Assembly: GCA_009377665.1 (NCBI GenBank)
Contig: WHTO01000004.1
Coordinates: 1-50,210 of the forward strand
Length of the DNA stretch: 50,210 nt
Source: Dehalococcoidia bacterium
GTDB taxonomy: Bacteria > Chloroflexota > Dehalococcoidia > WHTO01
Reading direction: 5' to 3'
The first letter of the stretch is position 1. Each line of letters starts with the position of its first letter. Below, in pieces: positions 1 through 8,343 of this stretch. The position numbers and the translations under genes were made by a program. Below the pieces are notes generated by a model. It made no database searches. It saw nothing but the letters and a program-made list of their open reading frames with translations, and was not told the origin of the DNA.

Positions 1-543
1 TATCTGTTCGACGCCGATCTCAAAGAGGCCGCTCCAGTACTCGATGGTCTCGTCCGAGGCGCTCAGCAGGTCGCGCATCTCGTCCTCGTCGTTGTCGTGG
101 TAGTGCAGCAGGACGTTGCCTTCCCCGATCGTCTGCCAGTCGAAGCGCGTGTCCATGTAGGTGAAAGACGCCTCGTCGGTCACGGCGCTTTCGCCTTCCT
201 CACCTTCGAACTCCCAGAAGTAGGTCAGCTCCGTGAAGGGCGGGAGGTAGAGGTCGCCGGGGTACTCGAGCTGCGCCGTGCAGGCTTCGGCCTCGCACTC
301 GGACCCGGCCGTCGAGGTGATTCCGAACGGCTCGACCCTGTACCGCAGCACGCCTCGCTCTATCGGGGCGTCCGCTTCGTACTCGATGTTCCAAACGATG
401 CCGTTCGGAAAGTTGTTTACCGCCTCTTCGGACACCACCGTTACCTCGGGCGCCGTCCCCTGCCCGCCGAGGACAGCCGACACCCCGAAGCTGAGCGCCA
501 CGAGGACGCCGGCGAAGGCGCCGATCGGCTTAAGAGGCTTCAA
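1..543 (-). CDS. Hypothetical exported protein, N-terminal part. The gene runs off the left edge and is absent from the ORF track because it has no stop in the window.
   Basis: My translation of the minus strand from TTG at 543 gives LKPLKPIGAFAGVLVALSFGVSAVLGG, a signal/anchor-like hydrophobic start. The frame then stays open to position 1 (..FTYMDTRFDWQTIGEGNVLLHYHDNDEDEMRDLL..) with mostly G/C third positions. The start overlaps the prfB stop by 14 nt, and the start codon is uncertain. Confidence 0.5.
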   Translation of the reverse strand, partial: MKPLKPIGAFAGVLVALSFGVSAVLGGQGTAPEVTVVSEEAVNNFPNGIVWNIEYEADAPIERGVLRYRVEPFGITSTAGSECEAEACTAQLEYPGDLYLPPFTELTYFWEFEGEEGESAVTDEASFTYMDTRFDWQTIGEGNVLLHYHDNDEDEMRDLLSASDETIEYWSGLFEIGVEQI

Positions 544-1625
544 TGGTCGATTTCAGGTAGGCCGTCATGAATGGGTCGAGGTCGCCGTCGAGGACGGCGT
601 CGGGATTGGTGCTCTCAGCATCGGTGCGATGATCCTTCACCAGCTTATACGGGTGCAGCACGTAGCTCCGGATCTGGTTGCTCCAACCCGCCGAGACGTG
701 GTCGCCCTTGATCCTCGCGTGTTCCTCGGCGCGCTTCTCGAGCTCCATCTCGAGCAACCTTGACTCCAGCACCTTCATCGCGGCCTCGCGGTTGCGGCCC
801 TGCGAGCGCTCGTTCTGGCAGGTCACGACGATACCTGTCGGCATGTGCGTTATGCGGATCGCCGTCGAGTTCTTCTGCACGTTCTGACCGCCGTGCCCGC
901 TGGCCTTGTAGACATCGACGCGCAGGTCGTCAGGATTGACCTCGACCTCTCCCGCCGCCTCGGCCTCGGGCATAACCTCGACCAGCGCGAACGATGTATG
1001 CCTGGCGTGGCTACCGTCGAACGGTGATATCCTGACCAGCCTGTGAACGCCGCGCTCGCTGCGCAGCCAGCCGAAGGCGTGCGGCCCCGTGATCTCGATC
1101 GTCACGCTCTTGATCCCGGCCTCCTCGCCCTCGCTCATGTCCAGGATCTCGGTGGCCAACCCCTTGCGCTCGGCCCAGCGCAGAAACGCGCGCATCAGCA
1201 TCTCTGCCCAGTCCTGCGACTCCGTGCCGCCGGCCCCGGCGTGGATGGCGAGGATCGCGTTGCGGTCGTCGTAGGGGCCACTGAACGAGAGCTGAAATTC
1301 CAGGTCCTCGACCTGGCCTTGCAGGCGTTCCACCTCGGCGGCCAGGTCCCCCGCCAGCGTCTCGTCGTCGCCGCTGAGCGCCACCAGCTCGATCGCGTCG
1401 TTGACGCCCGATTCGAGCGCGCGCCAGGTCTCAACCGTCTGCTTGAGAGTCGAGAGGCGGCGCATGAGCTGCTGAGCCTCGCGCTGGTCGTTCCAGAAAC
1501 CGGGGTCCGAGGCCTGCGCCTCGAGTCTGGCTATCTCGAGTTCTTTGCCGGCGATGTCAAAGACGCACCAGTATTGGCGCGATGCGGTCCTTAAGGGCCT
1601 GAAGTTCGTGAAGAAGCGTGTCCAT
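530..1625 (-). CDS. prfB: Peptide chain release factor 2, made by a programmed +1 frameshift. Frame 0 runs 1625..1560 and frame +1 runs 1558..530.
   Basis: ORF 530..1465 is clearly RF2: it carries the SPF and GGQ motifs (RISPFDG.., GHGGQNVQK). Upstream I read ATG GAC ACG CTT CTT CAC GAA CTT CAG GCC CTT AAG GAC CGC ATC GCG CCA ATA CTG GTG CGT CTT TGA C. After a +1 slip it continues GAC ATC GCC GGC AAA GAA CTC GAG.., which joins the listed ORF in frame. Confidence 0.95.
1556..1562 (-). promoter_or_regulatory. RF2 autoregulatory +1 frameshift site CTT TGA C
   Basis: An exact CTTTGAC heptamer lies on the minus strand at codon 22/23 of prfB. Only a weak SD-like GGTG sits a few nt upstream. Confidence 0.9.
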
Positions 1626-1950
1626 CAGATCAAGAATATGCCAAACCGACGCTCGGGCACCCCTGCCCACGGGCCGCACCGCGGCTCACGGGGCAAGGCA
1701 TATCTTGCCCACGCCGCCCAAACGCAGCCAGCATTGTCGCTCATACCGCTCTGCGCCCGCACCTCCCCAGACGCGCTGTACGCGCGGGAGTCCATAACAG
1801 CCGGATTATCATCCCATCACGCATACGAGAGACTCAGGCGGGCGTTGGCGGCGCGGCCCTCACCTGTTTGGGGTTGGGACTGTACCATCGGATAATGAAC
1901 CCGGCGGGGCAGAAGGGTTGACCCATGGCGAGCTGTTCGGAGAAGGCCTT

Positions 1951-2976
1951 TTGAGAAAGGTGCAGATCACGGGTTGGGGGATGTCTGTCCCCGAAAAAGT
2001 CATGACCAACGCCGAGATCGAAAAGCTGGTTGACACATCGGACGAGTGGATAAAGAGCCGCTCCGGAATCTCCGAGCGGCGTATTTGCGGCGACGAAGAA
2101 TCGGTCGCCACGATGGCGATCGAGGCAGGCAAGCGAGCGATCGAGCGCGCCCGCATTGACCCGGCTGAGATCGACCTGGTGATCCTGGCCACGCTGACCG
2201 ACGCCCGGCTGCTGCCCTCGACGGCCGCCTATGTCCAGGAGGGTGTCGGCGCTCGACGGGCCGGCGCTTTCGACCTGGACTGCGCCTGCACCGGCTTCAT
2301 CGCCGGCCTCGGCGTGGCGGCGCAGTTCATCGCAACAGGAGCGATGCAGAAAATCCTCGTTATCGGCGCCGACGCTGTCTCGCGCATCCTCGACTGGACT
2401 GATCGCGGCACCTGCGTGCTGTTTGGGGACGGCGCGGGAGCCGTGGTCGTGGAGGCCGGGGACGAGGGCATCCCGCTCTCCCTCTACCTGCGCAACGACG
2501 GGTCGGCGGCCAACGCGCTGACGGTGCCCAGCCCCATGGGCGTCAGGAGCGAGCTGCCGGCCAATCGGGAATTCGTCATCACCATGGACGGGCCGGCCAT
2601 CTTCCGCTTCGCGGTGGAGGCGATGGTGGACGCGGCGCGCGAGGTCTGTGATCGTTCGGGAATCGCGCTGGACGACTTCGACCTTGTCATACCCCACCAG
2701 GCCAACCTGCGCATCATCCAGGCTGCAGCGCGGGCACTTAAGGTCCCGATGGACAAGGTCTATACAAATGTGGAGCGCTACGGCAATACCTCGGGCGGCT
2801 CGATTCCGCTTGCATTGGCCGAGGCGGTCGACGCCGGCCGGATCAAGAAGGGCGATAGGATCCTGCTCGTCGGGTTCGGCGCCGGCATGTCGTGGGGTGC
2901 CCTGACGCTTGAGTGGACGGCCGAGACGGCATCCGCCCGGCTTTCCGAGATCCCCCTGGCGGCCGCTACCGCCTGA
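1951..2976 (+). CDS. fabH: 3-oxoacyl-ACP synthase III (KAS III)
   Basis: Motifs present: VQITGWGMSVPEKVMTNAEIE, active-site context FDLDCACTGF, PHQANLRII and GNTSGGSIPLAL. The listed ORF starts at TTG 1918. TTG 1951 (preceded by GGAGAAGG) or GTG 1960 are more likely starts. Confidence 0.9.
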   Translation: MRKVQITGWGMSVPEKVMTNAEIEKLVDTSDEWIKSRSGISERRICGDEESVATMAIEAGKRAIERARIDPAEIDLVILATLTDARLLPSTAAYVQEGVGARRAGAFDLDCACTGFIAGLGVAAQFIATGAMQKILVIGADAVSRILDWTDRGTCVLFGDGAGAVVVEAGDEGIPLSLYLRNDGSAANALTVPSPMGVRSELPANREFVITMDGPAIFRFAVEAMVDAAREVCDRSGIALDDFDLVIPHQANLRIIQAAARALKVPMDKVYTNVERYGNTSGGSIPLALAEAVDAGRIKKGDRILLVGFGAGMSWGALTLEWTAETASARLSEIPLAAATA

Positions 2977-3614
2977 TGGAGATCACCTGGTTCGGCATTT
3001 CCTGCTTCCGGCTGAAGGGCCGCGAGGGAGTCGTGCTCATGGACCCGCCAGAGAAGGCCAGCGGGCTGTCAATCGGTAAGCAGCAAAACATCGACCTCGT
3101 TACGATCAGCCATGCCCACCCGGGCCACGGCAACCGAGAGGCCGCGCCGGGCGCCACGATCCTCGATAGCCCTGGCGAGTTCGAGGTGTCGAGCATTCTG
3201 GTTGGCGGTATCCGCACCTGTCACGACAACAAGCGGGGGGAGGAGCGCGGCAAGAACGTCGCCTTCACCGTCGAGCTCGAGGGCATCCGTGTCTGCCACC
3301 TCGGCGACATCGGTCACATACCGACGGCCGACGAAGTCGAGGAGCTGGGGCAGATCCACGTTCTGCTGGTCCCCGTCGGCGGGGGAACGACCGTCGATGG
3401 CGCGCAGGCGGCGGCGATCGTCGCCCTACTGGAGCCGCGCGCCGTCATCCCGATGCACTACCGCCTCCAGGGTGGGCGTGAGGACCTCGCGCCGATAGAT
3501 CGCTTTCTCAAAGAGATGGGGGCCACCAACATCCAGCCCCAGCCGAAGGTGAACTACAGCCGTTCGAGCCTGCCGGCCGAGCCACACGTCGAGGTCCTCG
3601 AACCCCGCTTCTAG
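2976..3614 (+). CDS. MBL-fold metallo-hydrolase
   Basis: MEITWFGISCFRLKG..VTISHAHPGHGN is a beta-lactamase-fold metal motif. ATG 2976 overlaps the fabH TGA (TGATG), which suggests translational coupling. Confidence 0.8.
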   Translation: MEITWFGISCFRLKGREGVVLMDPPEKASGLSIGKQQNIDLVTISHAHPGHGNREAAPGATILDSPGEFEVSSILVGGIRTCHDNKRGEERGKNVAFTVELEGIRVCHLGDIGHIPTADEVEELGQIHVLLVPVGGGTTVDGAQAAAIVALLEPRAVIPMHYRLQGGREDLAPIDRFLKEMGATNIQPQPKVNYSRSSLPAEPHVEVLEPRF

Positions 3615-5782
3615 CGCAGCGTTGAAAAGGGGTCAGGGCGGCTTTCGTCGCTCGTTCCCCCCCGCAGGGCAAGCTGCTCCTCGGCGGTTGGCTGCGGATA
3701 CTCTATGCGCGGATGGTGCACGCCGATCAGCGTCTCCTTGAAGGACTGGGCAATCATCTGGAGATCACGCAGCGTCAGGTCGGACTCGTCGAGCTGGCCT
3801 TCCTGCAGTCTCTCCCTGATCACACCCTGCACCGAGAACTCGATAGCCGGAGCCGACTTGTCGTCGTGGGCCCTGACCAGCGCCTCCACGGAGTCGGCGA
3901 GCATGACGATCGCCGTCTCGCGCCGCTGGGGCTTCGGGCCCGGATAGCGGAACTGGTCCGGGTTGACCTTCTGGCCCTCCTGAACAGCCTTGCGGTAGAA
4001 ATAGGTGACCAGGCGGGTCCCGTGGTGCTGGGGGATGAAGTCGCGAATCACCTGGGGCAGCCCGTGCTTGCGTGCGAGCTCCAGGCCGTTGCGCACGTGA
4101 TCGGCGACGATCTTTGCGCTCTGAGCCGGACCCAGGTCGTCGTGGGGATTCTTGTTGTCGGCCGTGTTCTCGATGTAATAGTGGGGCTTCACCATCTTGC
4201 CAATGTCGTGGTAGTAAGCCCCGGTACGCGCCTGCAGGGCGTCGCCACCGATCATGTTGGCGGCGCGCTCGGCCAGGGTGCCGACGACGACGCTGTGGTG
4301 GAACGTTCCCGGGGCCTCCTCCTGCAGGCGGCGCAGGAGTGGATGGTTGATCTCGGCCATCTCCATCAGTTGTAGCCGAGTCGTAATTCCGAAGAGCGTG
4401 CCCACGAGGACGAAAACGCCGACGGTGATCATCGCGGCGAGCAAGCCGCCGCCACCGGCGCTGATCGACAGCCAGCCGATGTCCTCGAGGCCGCCTGCGG
4501 GATCGAGAAGCACCATCGAATAGGCGCCGGCTATCGTCCCCACCGTGGTGCCGACGGCTGCGAAGAAATACTGTGTGATCGATGTCGCCCTGTTGACTGC
4601 GAAGACGCCGGCGACACTCCCGAAGAAGTAGCCAAAGAACAAGGCCAGCGTGTCCAGCGGCCGACCGAGCAGAGCGCCCGGTGACTCGGGCAGGTAAAAC
4701 CCGCTGAAGGCGCAGAGCCCGGCGAGGACGGCCGCCACCAGCACGGCGAAAGGTGTGTCTTCGAGGAGCGCCGCGATGACCATCGGGGCCGCGGCCACGG
4801 GCAGTATGAACATGAGGAAGCGGCGTTCTTCGTCGGGAAGCATCTCGGGCAGGTAAAGCTTGGCCGCAAGCACGACCGCCGCGCAGGCGATCAGGACAAG
4901 CATCAGCCGCCGCTCGGAGGCGAGAGCCGGCGGCTGGAGATAGTAGAGGTAGACACCGAGCGTGAGCGCCGCAAGAATCGACAGCCCGGAGACGCCGGCG
5001 GCGTCCTCGAGGTCAAGACCGGGTGACAGCAGGCCAGCCTCTTCGAGGACCTCGAGGGACTCTTCGGTGATCACCTCGCCGTTGCGGACGATCACCTCGC
5101 CCTCCGAGCGCTCCACGCGGACAGGCTCGACCTCGCTTCTCGCCGCCTCCTGGAGCTCACCCGTGGCGGCCTCGTCGACGATGACGTTGGGTTGGATGTA
5201 GGGGCCGACGAGAGCGGTCACGACCAGCGCCTCGGCCTCGCCCAGCTCCGGCGCAACCCTCTCCCGGAGAGCCAGCCGGACGTCTTCTATCTGCTCAGCC
5301 GACATTGCCTCGAGCATCACGGAGTCGAGCAGCCGGTCGGCTTCCTGGACGATCTGTTGCCAGGGCTCCTCACCGCGTTCAGCGATGATCACGGCGACCG
5401 GGCCGGGGATCGCCGGTGCTTCGAGGCTGCTTAGCTCGCTGGCTTTCTGGTTGTCGCTCAGGTCCACGCGGGCGCGGATCGCACCGACCTCTTCGAGCCG
5501 CTGTTCCAAAGCACGCAGTTGTTGCTCGCGGATGCCGGGATCGAGCCCGACGACGGGGTCGACGGTGGAGGCCGCGGTCTCGCGGCGGTCTTCGGTGCGA
5601 ATGGCGCTCACGTAGGAGAGGTCGCGGGGGGCGACGATCGTCTCGTCCGATATGTCACCCGCCTCTAGTCGGTCGGCCGGCGAAAGAGGAAAGAGGATGA
5701 AGCCGAAGACGAGGGCGAGGCCCACCACGAAGAGCAGAATCTGCGTGGTGCTGACCACCCCGGGGCCTCGCTTAAGGGTCAT
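3611..5782 (-). CDS. Membrane HD/HDIG phosphohydrolase with a 7TM region (PgpH/YqfF-like)
   Basis: It has an N-terminal TM, an extracellular region, a multi-TM block and a C-terminal HD domain (FHHSVVVG..YHDIGKMVKPHYYIENT..QHHGT). Confidence 0.85.
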   Translation of the reverse strand: MTLKRGPGVVSTTQILLFVVGLALVFGFILFPLSPADRLEAGDISDETIVAPRDLSYVSAIRTEDRRETAASTVDPVVGLDPGIREQQLRALEQRLEEVGAIRARVDLSDNQKASELSSLEAPAIPGPVAVIIAERGEEPWQQIVQEADRLLDSVMLEAMSAEQIEDVRLALRERVAPELGEAEALVVTALVGPYIQPNVIVDEAATGELQEAARSEVEPVRVERSEGEVIVRNGEVITEESLEVLEEAGLLSPGLDLEDAAGVSGLSILAALTLGVYLYYLQPPALASERRLMLVLIACAAVVLAAKLYLPEMLPDEERRFLMFILPVAAAPMVIAALLEDTPFAVLVAAVLAGLCAFSGFYLPESPGALLGRPLDTLALFFGYFFGSVAGVFAVNRATSITQYFFAAVGTTVGTIAGAYSMVLLDPAGGLEDIGWLSISAGGGGLLAAMITVGVFVLVGTLFGITTRLQLMEMAEINHPLLRRLQEEAPGTFHHSVVVGTLAERAANMIGGDALQARTGAYYHDIGKMVKPHYYIENTADNKNPHDDLGPAQSAKIVADHVRNGLELARKHGLPQVIRDFIPQHHGTRLVTYFYRKAVQEGQKVNPDQFRYPGPKPQRRETAIVMLADSVEALVRAHDDKSAPAIEFSVQGVIRERLQEGQLDESDLTLRDLQMIAQSFKETLIGVHHPRIEYPQPTAEEQLALRGGTSDESRPDPFSTLR

Positions 5783-5815
5783 GGGCTCCTCTTGGCGCGA
5801 GTGGGGAGACCTCGC

Positions 5816-6271
5816 TCAATCCGGCGACAGCAGTCGCGTCACGACCTGGTTGGCCAGGCGGCCGTCTGCTCGGCCGGCCAGGCTCTTCATCAGCAGCGGC
5901 ATGACCTTACCCCTGTCCTGGGGGCCCGCGGCTCCTGTCTCAGCGATGATGGCCCGCGCCATGCGCTCCACGTCCGATTCACGGAGCTGCTGGGGTAGGT
6001 AGGGTACCAGGGCCGCGATCTCGGCCTGTTCCCGATCGACGAGATCGGCGCGGCCGCCCTTCTTGAAGGCGTCGATGCTCTCGCGGCGCTGCTTGACCTC
6101 TTTGCTCAAAACGCGGAGCGCCCCTTCATCGTCGAGCTTGCCGCCACCGGCGATCTCCGCGTTGCGGATCGCTGACAGGGCCATGCGGAACGCGGTCTTG
6201 CGGGCTTCGTCGCCGGCGCGCATGGCTATGCGGAGCTCCTCGTTGAGCCTCTCGACGATTGCCATTGCCAT
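5816..6271 (-). CDS. GatB/YqeY domain protein
   Basis: MAMAIVERLNEELRIAMRAGDEARKTAFRMALSAIRNAEI..KEVKQRRESIDAFKKGGRADL is a typical YqeY sequence. I trimmed the listed ORF (to 6487), because that version would overlap the upstream gene. Confidence 0.85.
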   Translation of the reverse strand: MAMAIVERLNEELRIAMRAGDEARKTAFRMALSAIRNAEIAGGGKLDDEGALRVLSKEVKQRRESIDAFKKGGRADLVDREQAEIAALVPYLPQQLRESDVERMARAIIAETGAAGPQDRGKVMPLLMKSLAGRADGRLANQVVTRLLSPD

Positions 6272-6407
6272 AAGTTTACCGACTTGAGTGCTAACGCCCT
6301 GCGCCCGGCGCCAGGGTGAAGGGCCAGTGCGATTGCCTCGGGCGGGGAAGAGAGTCTCGCCCCCGAGCATCGGCATCTGTAGTGAACGGCCAGGTGTTGG
6401 GGTTGGG

Positions 6408-7403
6408 TCAGGCGAGAATGGCGTCCAGGGCGGCGCGAAGTTCGTCCTGTGTGGTGATGCTTTCAAAGCGATAAGCGACCACGCCATCGGCGCCGATGAT
6501 GAAGGTCACGGGCTCGGCGACCAGTCCCCACTCGGCGAAGGTCGTGCCGTCGACGAAGGCCCCGTTGTTGAGGACGGGCTGGCCGTCATCGCCGAGCTGG
6601 AATGGCTCGACCTGGATGAAGTTGACCCGGTCCTGGTACTCGTCGTGGACGTTCAGGATCACATCAACCATGGGGCCGCAGAGCCGGCTGGTGCAGAAGG
6701 CGGGGGTGGCGAAGGAAACCACGGTTGGTCTCCCCGACTGGACCGCTTCGGCGATGCTGAGCTCGTGAAGCTGCGGGTTGGGAGGGTCGTCGGAATCGAT
6801 CGTCTCGATGTTGTCGGTGGTCACCGTCGTCGGTGTGTCCGAACTGGGCGCCTGGTCGCCCACCTGCACGCCCGCCGCCTCTTCCTGGACTTCGATAAGG
6901 ATGCGCAGGCCCTGGGTCACCTCGGCTGACCCGGCGGGGGTTATCTGCGCGCCGTAAAGACCGGAGCCCGGGAAGTCCACCGTAGCCGTGTAGATGCCGC
7001 CGATATCTGGCGGGTTCTCAGGATCCGGAAACTCGAGCGGCAGGAACTGGAAGTCGTACGTCGCGAGTGCTTCGGGCGCGCCCTGTGGGTCGTTGAACAG
7101 GGTGAGGCTGCCCGAGAGGCCGTCGACGGTCTGGTTCTCAGCATCGAGCAGGCCGAACGTGAAGCGGTTCTCGCCAGTGATGAGGCCGCTGGACGCGATC
7201 ACGACCGAGACCGGCGCTCCACCCCCACCCGCCGTCTCGGTCCCTTCTGCCGCAATGGGCGGTGCCGGGGTTGCCTGGCCTGGATCGGCCTCTTCAGCGT
7301 CGTCATCGTCGCCGCCACCGCAGGCGGACGCGAGGGCGAGCAGCGCGATGGCGAGAACGAGCGCAGGTATCTTCTGTGTCATAACCGTAGGTACGAAGGG
7401 CAC
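6408..7403 (-). CDS. Thioredoxin-fold lipoprotein (SCO/TlpA-like) with a CX4C motif
   Basis: Lipobox LALASAC followed by GGGDDDD. The C-terminal domain reads PTVVSFATPAFCTSRLCGP..FIIGADGVVAYRF, a thioredoxin-like beta-alpha-beta pattern. The start could instead be the MTQK methionine at 7382. Confidence 0.7.
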   Translation of the reverse strand: MPFVPTVMTQKIPALVLAIALLALASACGGGDDDDAEEADPGQATPAPPIAAEGTETAGGGGAPVSVVIASSGLITGENRFTFGLLDAENQTVDGLSGSLTLFNDPQGAPEALATYDFQFLPLEFPDPENPPDIGGIYTATVDFPGSGLYGAQITPAGSAEVTQGLRILIEVQEEAAGVQVGDQAPSSDTPTTVTTDNIETIDSDDPPNPQLHELSIAEAVQSGRPTVVSFATPAFCTSRLCGPMVDVILNVHDEYQDRVNFIQVEPFQLGDDGQPVLNNGAFVDGTTFAEWGLVAEPVTFIIGADGVVAYRFESITTQDELRAALDAILA

Positions 7404-7524
7404 TGTGCTGCGGGATTAGTCATCGGAAGCTTCGGGCGTTCCGCGTGCGGGTCCGCAGGAGGCGGAGGACCGTAAGACGATCCTAGCTGACCGGCGGCCT
7501 ATGGCAGTCGGCAACATGAAAGGG

Positions 7525-7548
7525 GCGGCCACCCGAGGGAATGGCCGC
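7525..7548 (-). terminator. Candidate intrinsic terminator after the desulforedoxin-like pair
   Basis: On the minus strand, GCGGCCA-TTCCCTCGGG-TGGCCGC forms a 7-bp GC stem followed by CCCTTTC. It lies about 20 nt past the stop at 7566. Confidence 0.35.
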
Positions 7549-7565
7549 TGTGGTTGCAGTGCCGC

Positions 7566-7709
7566 TCAATCAGCCGAGGGCAGGACCTTGGGCTGCAGCA
7601 GCTCCATGGCCTTGCCGCAGCACTCTACCTCGCCGTCGCCCGGCTTGATGCAAAGGACCTCGCTGCCGCAGTTCTCGCACTGAAAGCGCTTACCGAGCTG
7701 GTTCGCCAT
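7566..7709 (-). CDS. Desulforedoxin-like small Cys4 metal-binding protein (47 aa)
   Basis: MANQLGKRFQCENCGSEVLCIKPGDGEVECCGKAMELLQPKVLPSAD has the CxxC...CC spacing of desulforedoxin (Y-x-C-x-x-C-G ... G-x-G-x-L-x-C-C-G-x-x-M). An RBS, GGGAGAGGAAG, sits upstream of ATG 7709. Confidence 0.75.
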   Translation of the reverse strand: MANQLGKRFQCENCGSEVLCIKPGDGEVECCGKAMELLQPKVLPSAD

Positions 7710-7719
7710 CTTCCTCTCC

Positions 7720-7836
7720 CTACTTCTGTTCCATCGGCTGCCCGCAGCAGCCCAGATCGCCGTCACCGGCCTTGGTCACGATCATCTCGCTACCGCACTT
7801 CGCGCACGCGTAGCGCTTTCCAACCTGGTTTGCCAA
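7720..7836 (-). CDS. Desulforedoxin-like small Cys4 protein (38 aa), below the ORF-track size cutoff
   Basis: My translation from TTG 7836 gives (M)ANQVGKRYACAKCGSEMIVTKAGDGDLGCCGQPMEQK then TAG. An AAGGAG RBS lies 8 nt upstream. It is a paralog of the gene immediately downstream. Confidence 0.75.
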   Translation of the reverse strand: MANQVGKRYACAKCGSEMIVTKAGDGDLGCCGQPMEQK

Positions 7837-7880
7837 CTGGTAACTCCTTGCTTCTTGCTCGCTGCTACGAGCGCGTTTGC

Positions 7881-7910
7881 AGAATAGATTTGGCGCTTCG
7901 AAAACGTCAA
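7881..7910 (-). promoter_or_regulatory. Candidate sigma70-type promoter for the desulforedoxin-like pair
   Basis: Minus strand reads TTGACG, an 18-nt spacer, then TATTCT. It lies about 45 nt upstream of TTG 7836, in the gap after the cupredoxin gene. Confidence 0.35.
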
Positions 7911-7917
7911 GAGCGGG

Positions 7918-8313
7918 TCATTCGACGATCAGCGTGCCTCTCATTAGTACCGGGTGGGCGTCGCAGTGGTAGTAGTACTCACCCGGCGCCGGGACGGTGA
8001 AGACCAGCTCCTGGACGATCGGTCCGTCCTCGAGTTCCGTGGACGCCCCGTCGATGGCTTCGTCGGCGGAATCGTCGGTGTAAAAAGCGATGTTGTGGGG
8101 CACGTTCTCGTCCTCGTTGACTACGGTAATGGTCAAGCTCGCCGCCGTCGGCGCTTTGAACTCCTCGATGTCGAAGTCGATATCTTGGGCGACGATTGTG
8201 ATCTCGGTCACCGGGTCTAAGGCTGCTGCCTGGCTTTCATCGTCTCCATCGTCATCGCCGCAGGCTGCCAGCAGGCACACCAGCGCCGGGCCGAACAACA
8301 ACAACCGGCTCAT
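7918..8313 (-). CDS. Type-1 copper (cupredoxin, plastocyanin/auracyanin-like) lipoprotein
   Basis: Signal plus lipobox MSRLLLFGPALVCLLAAC, followed by GDDDGDD. Cu ligands: H in VPHNIAF, and C, H, M in YYHCDAHPVLM. ATG 8313 has an AAGGA RBS. Confidence 0.85.
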   Translation of the reverse strand: MSRLLLFGPALVCLLAACGDDDGDDESQAAALDPVTEITIVAQDIDFDIEEFKAPTAASLTITVVNEDENVPHNIAFYTDDSADEAIDGASTELEDGPIVQELVFTVPAPGEYYYHCDAHPVLMRGTLIVE

Positions 8314-8343
8314 TCGTCCTTGCCCGAGGGCGCCCGGCACCGC

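Noticed and set aside
97-763. Plus-strand ORFs 97..570 and 278..763
   Set aside because: They are antisense to prfB and to an edge-truncated minus-strand gene with a signal-like N-terminus. Their translations are R/G/V-rich.
6272-6487. N-terminal 72 aa of the listed GatB/YqeY ORF
   Set aside because: It overlaps the 3' end of the upstream lipoprotein gene. YqeY proteins are about 150 aa and begin at the MAMAIVERL position.
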